Origin: Deinococcaceae bacterium
GTDB lineage: Bacteria; Deinococcota; Deinococci; Deinococcales; Trueperaceae
Assembly (NCBI GenBank): GCA_040256005.1
Contig: JBDZWC010000023.1
Span: 1 to 30,401 of the forward strand
DNA: 30,401 nucleotides
Direction of reading: 5' to 3'
The notes under the pieces are model-generated. The model was not told where the DNA came from. It did no database searches and worked only from the letters and a program-made list of their open reading frames with translations. Position numbers and translations under genes: made by a program. Within the stretch, counting starts at the first letter, position 1; each line of letters starts with the position of its first letter. Positions 17,870 through 25,371 of the stretch are shown here, piece after piece.

Positions 17870-19206
17870 TGCGCGCGCTAGAGCTGGTGCGCACGGCGAT
17901 CGGCAACACCTTCCGCAGCAGGCTGCGCACCGGGCTCACGGTGCTCGCCATCTTCGTGGGCGCCTTCACGCTGACGCTCACCAACGGCGTCGGCACCGGG
18001 ATCAACGACTACATCGACTCTCAGCTCTCGTCCCTGGGTGCCGAGGACCTACTCACGGTCACGAAGGCCTCTCTGGCCGACGGGCAGGGCTTCGGGCCGT
18101 CGGACGAGGGGCCCCGGCCGTACGACCCGGACCGCACGGTGATGTCGAGCAGCGGCGGGATGCAGTTCGAAGCGCTCAGCCGCGAGGACGTGGAGTGGAT
18201 AGCCGAGCTGCCGGGCGTGCGCTCGGTGCAGCCGCTGAGGATCGTCGCGTTGGACTACATCGCCTGGGGTGACGGACCGGCCTACGAGCTCGACGTCAAC
18301 CCCATGCCGCCGGAGCTCAACGTCGACCTCGTGGCGGGCGCGCACATCGAGCCGGACGCAAACGCGACCGGCGCGGCGCTCGCCGGCGATGACGGCGGGC
18401 CCGTGGGGCAGCTGATACTGCCGGTGAGCTACGTAGAGCCGCTGGGCTTCGCGGACCCTGGCTCTGTCGTGGGCGAGGTGGTGACCCTGGCCGTGAGCGA
18501 CCTGTTCGGCAGACAGCACACCGTGCGCACCCGCGTGGTCGGCGTGCAACAAGCGTCGCTCTTCGGCTCCGGCGCCCTTCTGTCCACGGCCCTCACCGAC
18601 GCCATCTACTCGGCTCAGACCACGGGCGTGCCGGCGGGCGTGGCTGACATCTACGCGTCGGCGACCGCGACGCTGGAGCCCGGCACGACGGGAACCGACC
18701 TAGCGCGACTGCGCGAGGAACTCGCCGCGCGGGACCTGGCCGGGCTGACCCTCGAGGACCAGCTCGGCGCCTTCCAGACCGTGGTGACGGCGATAACGGG
18801 CGTGCTCAACGGCTTCGCCGTCATCGCTCTCATCGCCGCCGGCTTCGGGATCGTGAACACGCTGCTGATGTCGGTCCAGGAGCGCACCCGGGAGATCGGA
18901 CTCATGAAGGCGATGGGCATGGGAGGGGGGCGCGTGTTCGGCCTGTTCTCGCTGGAAGCCGTGTTCATAGGGTTCCTCGGCGCGACGATAGGTGCGCTGG
19001 TGGCGATCCTCGCGGGCACGCTGATCAGCGACGCGCTGGCGCGCGGCGTGCTTGCTGACCTGCGCGGGCTGCGCCTCCTGGCGTTCGATCCGCTGTCCGT
19101 CGCCGGCATCATCGGGCTCGTCATGCTGATAGCCTTCCTCGCCGGCACGCTGCCGGCCAGGCGCGCCGCGTCGCTGGATCCCATCGAGGCCCTGCGCTAC
19201 GAGTGA
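17869..19206 (+). CDS. MacB/FtsX-family ABC permease
   Basis: RLRTGLTVLAIFVG, large extracytoplasmic domain, GIVNTLLMSVQERTREIGLMKAMG and PARRAASLDPIEALRYE; TGATG coupling. Confidence 0.93.
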   Translation: MRALELVRTAIGNTFRSRLRTGLTVLAIFVGAFTLTLTNGVGTGINDYIDSQLSSLGAEDLLTVTKASLADGQGFGPSDEGPRPYDPDRTVMSSSGGMQFEALSREDVEWIAELPGVRSVQPLRIVALDYIAWGDGPAYELDVNPMPPELNVDLVAGAHIEPDANATGAALAGDDGGPVGQLILPVSYVEPLGFADPGSVVGEVVTLAVSDLFGRQHTVRTRVVGVQQASLFGSGALLSTALTDAIYSAQTTGVPAGVADIYASATATLEPGTTGTDLARLREELAARDLAGLTLEDQLGAFQTVVTAITGVLNGFAVIALIAAGFGIVNTLLMSVQERTREIGLMKAMGMGGGRVFGLFSLEAVFIGFLGATIGALVAILAGTLISDALARGVLADLRGLRLLAFDPLSVAGIIGLVMLIAFLAGTLPARRAASLDPIEALRYE

Positions 19207-19248
19207 CTCCTCAACAAGCCGGCATGCCGCGCGCGGTACTACTTACTG

Positions 19249-19884
19249 ATGGACCCCGCCGAGCTGCTGAGCCGCAACCGCGACTGGGCGCGCGCCACGT
19301 TGGAGCGCGATCCCGGCTACTTCAGGCGCCTGTCCGGCCAGCAATCGCCGCGCTTCCTGTGGGTCGGCTGCTCCGATTCGCGTGTGAGCGCCGACGTGAT
19401 CGCGGGCCTCGCCCCCGGCGAGGTGTTCGTGCATCGCAACATCGGCAACGTCGTGCCGCATGCCGACCTGAACGTCTTGACCGTGCTCGCCTACGCGGTG
19501 GACGTCCTGGAGGTGGGGCACGTGATCGTCGTGGGCCACTACGGCTGCGGGGGCATCAACGCCGCGCTGGACGGCAAAGGGCACGGGCTCCTCGACAACT
19601 GGCTGCGTCACATCAAGGACGTGGCGGCGCGCCACTCCTCCCAGCTCGATGTCCTCCCGCCCGAGTCGCGTTCCCGCCGCTTGGTGGAGCTCAACGCCGT
19701 GGAGCAGGCCAAGAACCTGTGCCACACCAGCATCGTCCAGGCTGCCTGGGCGCGAGGCCAGGCGCTGACCGTGAGGGCATGGGTCTATGGGCTCGAGGAC
19801 GGGCTGCTGAGAGATCTTCGGTTCGTCGTCAACGGGCCCGAGGACCTCTCGGCCGCCTACCGCCTCTCGCTCGAGGACGGCTGA
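19249..19884 (+). CDS. can: Beta-class carbonic anhydrase
   Basis: GCSDSRV, GEVFVHRNIGN, GHYGCGG and ELNAVEQ motifs. Confidence 0.93.
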   Translation: MDPAELLSRNRDWARATLERDPGYFRRLSGQQSPRFLWVGCSDSRVSADVIAGLAPGEVFVHRNIGNVVPHADLNVLTVLAYAVDVLEVGHVIVVGHYGCGGINAALDGKGHGLLDNWLRHIKDVAARHSSQLDVLPPESRSRRLVELNAVEQAKNLCHTSIVQAAWARGQALTVRAWVYGLEDGLLRDLRFVVNGPEDLSAAYRLSLEDG

Positions 19885-19942
19885 CCACGGCCGGCAAGCC
19901 GCACCCGGTCGCGACTCGGCGCAGGGAGCGCGGTACGGCGTT

Positions 19943-19972
19943 GTGGTCACTGTGTGCCCACTCGGTGGTCAC
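19943..19972. repeat. 11-bp-periodic GTGNNCAC array (right copy)
   Basis: gtggtcac 19943, gtgcccac 19954, gtggtcac 19965; 24/30 identical to 16923-16952. Confidence 0.8.
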
Positions 19973-20057
19973 CCGTAGCACTGGCGTCACACGGGCCAGC
20001 GGCTGACACGGATTCTCTCGTCGGGCTCTCACCGGACGCCCTGCGCGACCTCGGACC

Positions 20058-20231
20058 TCACCTCAAGCCGCGTGCTCGAGCGATCTTCTGAAGGTGTTCG
20101 AACGCCGCCTCCCAGGAACGGCACTCCTTGACGCTGCGGTTGAGCAAGTCGTGGACGACGATGCGAGTCTCGCCTCGGCCGGCTTCGATCACGCGCACGA
20201 TGACGCTGGACACCACGCGGCCCGGGTTCAT
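20058..20231 (-). CDS. Small hypothetical protein, 57 aa (below the ORF-track size)
   Basis: MNPGRVVSSVIVRVIEAGRGETRIVVHDLLNRSVKECRSWEAAFEHLQKIARARGLR*; GC-rich third codon positions; divergent from the BTAD gene and preceded by a heptamer repeat pair. Confidence 0.7.
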   Translation of the reverse strand: MNPGRVVSSVIVRVIEAGRGETRIVVHDLLNRSVKECRSWEAAFEHLQKIARARGLR

Positions 20232-20252
20232 GACGACACCTAACGAGGCGAA

Positions 20253-20270
20253 GCGTTACGCGGCCGTTAT
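20253..20270 (-). promoter_or_regulatory. SARP-type direct repeat ATAACGG-N4-GTAACGC upstream of the 57-aa ORF
   Basis: 11-bp period; ends 21 nt before ATG 20231. Confidence 0.6.
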
Positions 20271-20292
20271 TCCCACGTAGACTGTCCTGCAC

Positions 20293-23289
20293 ATGCCCGC
20301 ACCCCTCAGGCTGTTGGGTGCCGCCACGCTCGACGTGGCAGGTGCCGAGATCACGTTGCCGGTGGACCGGAGGGGCTGCCTGTTGGCGTACCTGGCCGCC
20401 GAGGGCGGATGGGTGAGCCGCGAGCGCTTGGCTCTCCTCTTCTGGCCCGACGCGGATGAGACCACGGCGAAGCGCAACCTCAGGCAGCTGATCTTGAGGA
20501 CCAGGCGCTCGCAGCTCGATCCCCCGCTTGACGTGAGACCCGACGCCCTGCGGTGGGACGTGAGTTGCGACGTAGGTCGATTCCGCCGCGCCCTGGCCGA
20601 TGGTGACCCCGGGGCCGCCGTTGCCGCCTACGGCGGTCGGCTGCTGGACGGCTTCGTCGTGCACGACGTCGGAGGCTTCGACGCCTGGCTCGAAGGAGAA
20701 CGCGACAGGCTGCGGATGGCCTTCCAGGACGTGGCGCTCAGGCGCTCGGACGAACTCGTCGGCACGGGGCGGTACGAGGAGGCGGCGCGCCTGCTCGAGA
20801 CCGTGCACGAAGCTGACCCGTTGGCGGAGGACGTGCTGGCGGCCCTCGTCCGCTCCCTCTACCTGTCCGGCAGACGCGACGCGGCCATGGCGGCGTACGG
20901 CCGCTTCGAGAGCGCTCTCATCGACGAGCTGGGCCTCGAACCCCTCGAGTCCACCAAGGACCTGGCTCGGCGCATCGCGCGGGGCGAGCCGCTGGAGCTA
21001 GTGGTCTCCCTCAGGCACCCGACCAGCACCGTCAGCCTGGCGCCGTCGACGCTCGCAGGCAGGGACGCCGCTCGTCACGCCGTCCTGACCGCAAGGGCGC
21101 CGGTCGTCTTGGTGCGCGGCGAGCCGGGGATCGGCAAGTCGTCCCTCCTGAGGGAGGCCCTCCCGGAGGCGTTGCGGTGCGGCGCCACCGAGGGCCTGGA
21201 GAGGCTGCCGTATCACCCGTTCGCTGCCCTGGTGAGCGCCAGACCCGAGCTGGCTCGGGGCCTGGGTACCTACAGGGAGGACCTGGCGCGGTTGGTCCCC
21301 GACGTCGCGCCGGGTGTTGCCCCAGCCCCCGTCGACTCGGCCGCATCGCAGCTCAGGCTGGCGGAGGCGCTGGCGCGGTTCGCGGAAGCTGGCGGCGGCA
21401 CCGTCGTCGTCGATGACCTCCAGTGGGCGGACGTAGCCAGCCTGGAGACGATCGTCTACCTGGCTAGCCGCGGGGTGCGTGTCTACGGCGCGTACCGAAC
21501 AGGTGAGGTCGGCCCGGACCTGAGGCGCACGCTCGACGCCCTTGCGGGTGCCGGCAGGCTCTCGGAGGTAGACATCGGGCCCTTGGGTGAAGAGGCCGTC
21601 AAGACGCTGATAGCCGATCTCATGGGCCGGTCGGAGGGCCCCCCTGCGTTCTCACGGCGGCTGTGGCAACACACGGGCGGGAACCCGCTGTTCGTGCTGG
21701 AGACCCTACGGTCCATGTTCGAGTCCGGCCGCCTGCGTCGCGACGAGGAGGGCTGGCACACGGACGTCGACGACGTCACCGTCGACTACTCGGAGCTCAC
21801 CGTTCCCGAGGCCATCGAAGGCGTCATCGCGCGGCGCCTGGACCGGCTCTCAGGGGAGGCGGTGCGCGTCCTCGAGGCGCTGGCGTTGGCCCGGACCCCG
21901 CTCCCGCCGTCGGTGCTCTCGTCCATCACGGGCCTGTCGTCCGCCGCGACGGCTCAGGCTCTCGACGAGGCGGACACGACCGGCTTCCTTGCCGGCGGCG
22001 CCTTCAGGCACGACCTGTTGCGGCAAGCGCTCGGCGACCGCGTCCCGCCGGCACGACGGCGGCTCCTGCACGCGCTCATCGGCGAAGCCCTGGCAGGCGA
22101 GGCAGACAGTGCCCTCGTGGCCGAGCATTGGCTGGCCGCCGGCGAGACGACCAGGGCGCGTGAAGCCTGGCTGACCCGTGCCGCCGAGCTGCGCGCCAGC
22201 GGGTTGCAGCCGGCGGCGATAGAGATGCTGAAGGCGGCCCTCGCACGCGTACCGGGCGGCGTGGACGCGTCCTGGCTGCACTTGGGCCTGGCCGACGCCT
22301 ACCGGGAGGCCGACAAGGTAGACGAGGCCGCGCGGCAGCTCGCCATCGTGCGCCAGATGGGCGCCGCCTCGGCCGAGCAGGCCGTCAAGCTGGGGCTGGT
22401 CAGCGCCTGGCTGTCGTTCCAGTCCGGACGGTTGCAGAACGCGTCAGAGGAGCTGGCCGACACCAAACGGATAGCCAGGAACCTGCCACAGGTCGAGAGC
22501 ACCACTCTCGACCTCGTGATGCTCGAGGCCTCGATAGCCAAGGAGGAGCGGCAGGTGGAGCGCGCCCGCGAGCTGCTCGAGCCGGTCGTGAACAGGCTGC
22601 GTAAGGACCCGCCCACGGTCCGTCTGGTCCAGTACATGATCAGCCTGGGAGCGATCCTCGACGACCTCGAGAGGCACGACGAGGCTCTGGAGCTCAACCT
22701 GGAGGCCCTCTCCCTCGCCAAGGCCCTCGGCTCCGGCTATTACGTGGTGGACAGCACCGTCAACCTCGTCTACTGCCTCACCGAACTGGGACGCCTCGAT
22801 GAAGCGATCGCCGCTGCGCAGGCGGCCCTGGACGCGGGTGACTACGACGGCATCCCGGTGCTGAGGAGCAACCTGGCCGCATCTCTCATGGACGCCGGCC
22901 GTTACGCCGAGGCGCGGGACCACTACGAGCTCCTGCTGGAGCAGGTCGAGACCACGTACATCCGGGCCATCGCGTTGGGGAGGCTGGCCGACTGCCTGGC
23001 TCACCTGGGACGGGCCGGCGAGGCTCGAGCCAGGATCGACGAGGCGCTCGACATCGCCGTCGAGGTGGAGTTGCCCGTGGCCGTGGGCTCCATCGCCTAC
23101 GCGGTGTTCGCTCACGGGACGGTCGCGCAGGCGCAGCGTCTAGCGCGCATCACACAGAGGTTCGACCTCGAGCTCCTACCGCGCTACGCGGTAGAGCGAC
23201 TGATCGAGGCGCTCGCCACGAGCGAGGTCGCGGCTAGCGTCCCTGACGCGTGGTGGTCCTCCGCGCGAGCAGCCGCGGTCGCGAAGTGA
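20293..23289 (+). CDS. SARP/BTAD - AAA (STAND) ATPase - TPR transcriptional activator
   Basis: Winged HTH (SRERLALLFWPD...AKRNLRQ), BTAD (FDAWLEGERDRL, DPLAED, ELGLEP), Walker A GEPGIGKS, Walker B VVVDDLQWAD, TGGNPLF and C-terminal helical TPR-like repeats. Confidence 0.92.
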   Translation: MPAPLRLLGAATLDVAGAEITLPVDRRGCLLAYLAAEGGWVSRERLALLFWPDADETTAKRNLRQLILRTRRSQLDPPLDVRPDALRWDVSCDVGRFRRALADGDPGAAVAAYGGRLLDGFVVHDVGGFDAWLEGERDRLRMAFQDVALRRSDELVGTGRYEEAARLLETVHEADPLAEDVLAALVRSLYLSGRRDAAMAAYGRFESALIDELGLEPLESTKDLARRIARGEPLELVVSLRHPTSTVSLAPSTLAGRDAARHAVLTARAPVVLVRGEPGIGKSSLLREALPEALRCGATEGLERLPYHPFAALVSARPELARGLGTYREDLARLVPDVAPGVAPAPVDSAASQLRLAEALARFAEAGGGTVVVDDLQWADVASLETIVYLASRGVRVYGAYRTGEVGPDLRRTLDALAGAGRLSEVDIGPLGEEAVKTLIADLMGRSEGPPAFSRRLWQHTGGNPLFVLETLRSMFESGRLRRDEEGWHTDVDDVTVDYSELTVPEAIEGVIARRLDRLSGEAVRVLEALALARTPLPPSVLSSITGLSSAATAQALDEADTTGFLAGGAFRHDLLRQALGDRVPPARRRLLHALIGEALAGEADSALVAEHWLAAGETTRAREAWLTRAAELRASGLQPAAIEMLKAALARVPGGVDASWLHLGLADAYREADKVDEAARQLAIVRQMGAASAEQAVKLGLVSAWLSFQSGRLQNASEELADTKRIARNLPQVESTTLDLVMLEASIAKEERQVERARELLEPVVNRLRKDPPTVRLVQYMISLGAILDDLERHDEALELNLEALSLAKALGSGYYVVDSTVNLVYCLTELGRLDEAIAAAQAALDAGDYDGIPVLRSNLAASLMDAGRYAEARDHYELLLEQVETTYIRAIALGRLADCLAHLGRAGEARARIDEALDIAVEVELPVAVGSIAYAVFAHGTVAQAQRLARITQRFDLELLPRYAVERLIEALATSEVAASVPDAWWSSARAAAVAK

Positions 23290-23317
23290 CGCTCGTGTAA
23301 CGCCCGGTTCAGAAGAT
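23286..23317 (+). promoter_or_regulatory. SARP-type direct repeat GTGACGC-N4-GTAACGC plus weak -10 GAAGAT
   Basis: Heptamers at 23286 and 23297, then 8 nt to GAAGAT (23312-23317), then 6 nt to ATG 23324. Confidence 0.65.
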
Positions 23318-23323
23318 GGGGGC

Positions 23324-24370
23324 ATGGCCAGAGCTTCGACCGCCCCAGCCGTCCGCCGCACCGCCTTCGCATGGCTCGCGCTCACCGCACTCGTGGTCGG
23401 CGCCGCCCAGGACCTCACGGGCACCTACGTCACCCAGGTCGAGGGCGGCACGATCACCGTGGAGATCGTCATGCAGGGCGAGACGTTCAGCGGCAGGTTG
23501 CAGGGCCCCGGCGTCTCCTTCGACCTGGAGGGCTGGCTCCAGGACGGCACCGCCGTTGGGATAGCCACCTCCGCACAGGGCGCACTGGGGTTCGAGGCGC
23601 TCGTAGAGGGAGACACGCTCGGCCTGTGGTTCTACGAGGTGGTCGACGGCGCAGTCGTGCCGGAGAGCGAGATCGAGGTCATACTCCAGCGCGTCGGAGC
23701 CCCTACCGCTGGCACGCCGAGCCCTCCCGCCGGGCCCTCGTCGCCTCCGGCCGCGGCCTCCACCCCCAGCAAACAGCTGCCGGGCAACGCTCCCGCAGCG
23801 CCAGGTGGCTCAGCCCCGCCACGAGGCGGCCTGCTGCCGCCGCCGTCTGACTCGCCGGCACCGCAACAGGGCTCCCCGGTCATCGCCACCGGCGCCTACG
23901 GATCGCTTACGCAGGACGACGCCGTGGCGTTCATCGAGGCCCTCGAGTTCGTGCTCGCCCAGATCGGCTACGCCTCCACGTTCACGGACGCCGAGCGCGG
24001 CCAGGCTTACCAGGCCATCGCGCAGAACTACCCACAGCTCCCGCAGACGGATCAGGTCGTGCTCTCCCAGGCACGCGACATCTGGGAGCGGGTCCAGGCG
24101 GGCTGGTCGACCGCCACGCTCGACGAGCAGCGCGAGTTCGCTGTAGGGGTGCTGGTCCTGGCCTTCGGCGAGGAGACGGTGTCGCAATGGGCAGGCTCCA
24201 GCACCGGGCAGGGCGGCGGCGCCTGCACCACCTTCGAGGACTGCACGGGCAACCTCGTGGACGGCCAGAGCTGGGGTGACACGTTCAACGCCCAGAGCTG
24301 CTGGGCCGCGGCCGGCTGCAACTCGTACGACGCCAGCACGGGCACGTTCGACTACGACAGCGACTACTGA
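23324..24370 (+). CDS. Secreted acidic hypothetical protein (beta domain, Pro-rich linker, helical domain, Cys-containing tail)
   Basis: Signal peptide RRTAFAWLALTALVVGAA|QD; P/S/A-rich linker; C-terminal CTTFEDC and CWAAAGC. Confidence 0.85.
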   Translation: MARASTAPAVRRTAFAWLALTALVVGAAQDLTGTYVTQVEGGTITVEIVMQGETFSGRLQGPGVSFDLEGWLQDGTAVGIATSAQGALGFEALVEGDTLGLWFYEVVDGAVVPESEIEVILQRVGAPTAGTPSPPAGPSSPPAAASTPSKQLPGNAPAAPGGSAPPRGGLLPPPSDSPAPQQGSPVIATGAYGSLTQDDAVAFIEALEFVLAQIGYASTFTDAERGQAYQAIAQNYPQLPQTDQVVLSQARDIWERVQAGWSTATLDEQREFAVGVLVLAFGEETVSQWAGSSTGQGGGACTTFEDCTGNLVDGQSWGDTFNAQSCWAAAGCNSYDASTGTFDYDSDY

Positions 24371-24397
24371 ACGATGGCGCCGGCGCCCACGGGGCGG

Positions 24398-24823
24398 TCA
24401 GCCCGACGTCTGGCTCCTGTTGCCGGCGTAGAAGACCATCCAGTTGATCCCGAAGCGGTCCTCGAAGCTCGCGTAGCGCTCCGCCCAGTCTGTCTCTTGG
24501 AGCTCCATCTGCACCTTGCCCCCGGCGCTGAGGCCGTCGTAGACGCGCTTGGCTTCGTCGACGCTCTCCACGCCCACCATGACGTGGGTGCTGTTGCCCT
24601 TGGCCACGCTGCCGAACGACGGCGGCACATCGCTGCACATCAGTAGGTCGCCGTTGGGAAGCGAGATGGACGCGTGCATCACCATGTTCTCCTCGGCCTC
24701 AGGTACGCCACCGCCGAAGTCCTTGAACGCGACGATGTCGAGCTTGCCCCCGAAGACCGAGTGGTAGAACTCCATCGCCTCTCTGGCGTTGCCTGGGAAG
24801 TTGAGGTACGGGTCGAGTCTCAT
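24398..24823 (-). CDS. VOC family, PhnB-like protein
   Basis: PYLNFPGNAREAMEFYHSVFGG, VMHA and EDRFGINWMV motifs; RBS GAGGAG. Confidence 0.9.
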   Translation of the reverse strand: MRLDPYLNFPGNAREAMEFYHSVFGGKLDIVAFKDFGGGVPEAEENMVMHASISLPNGDLLMCSDVPPSFGSVAKGNSTHVMVGVESVDEAKRVYDGLSAGGKVQMELQETDWAERYASFEDRFGINWMVFYAGNRSQTSG

Positions 24824-24848
24824 GGCTCGTGCTCCTCTCGAGGCCGGC

Positions 24849-25271
24849 TCAGGCAGCCGGCGCCTCCTCCGCAGCCCCTGTTCTGGGGGGCGATGCGAGC
24901 ATGGCGACGGCTGCGGCCTGGGCAGCCTCCCAAGCCGGGTAGGAGCGCTCGAGCTGCTCCCATCCGCCGTCCGACAGCCTTACGTGACGCTCCCTCGCGT
25001 CCTCCGTGGCGTCGGACAGCACCCAGCCCTGCTCCTCGAGCAGCGCGAGGCTGCGGCTGAGCGTGGTGCGCTCCAGCCCGAGGATGTCCGCCAGACGGCT
25101 CACGGTCGCGCCACCCGTGTTGGCCAGCGCTGCCAGTACCGAGAACTGCGTGGAGCGCAGCCCGGTGGGCCTCAGCCACTCGTCGTAGTGGCGCGTGAGC
25201 ATGCGGGCCGTGCTCCGTGCATCTAGGCACAGGCACTCCCTCGTAGCGGCTACCTGCTCGCGGCTCAGCAC
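24849..25271 (-). CDS. MarR family regulator with N-terminal CLC motif
   Basis: ECLCLDARSTARMLTRHYD..LRPTGLRSTQFSVL, LERTTLSRSL and DARER. GTG 25271 lies 6 nt after TACACT. Confidence 0.9.
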   Translation of the reverse strand: MLSREQVAATRECLCLDARSTARMLTRHYDEWLRPTGLRSTQFSVLAALANTGGATVSRLADILGLERTTLSRSLALLEEQGWVLSDATEDARERHVRLSDGGWEQLERSYPAWEAAQAAAVAMLASPPRTGAAEEAPAA

Positions 25272-25276
25272 TCCTT

Positions 25277-25290
25277 GAGTGTATACGCAC
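25277..25290. promoter_or_regulatory. Putative MarR operator (GTGTATACGC core) over the marR -10 box
   Basis: Imperfect palindrome centred on TATA 25282-25285. Confidence 0.5.
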
Positions 25291-25371
25291 CTAAACCTGG
25301 CGGCAATCGCGGGCCGTCTCGACCGTGTCGACTCGCTCCACGTTGCGCCTGCCTTGTGTGACACTGGCGCG

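Noticed and set aside
11510..17871. Several proteins ending in -AA as ssrA-like degrons
   Set aside because: At coupled junctions this is explained by purine-rich SD plus GCCGCC-TGATG, and elsewhere by GC bias; there is no independent support.
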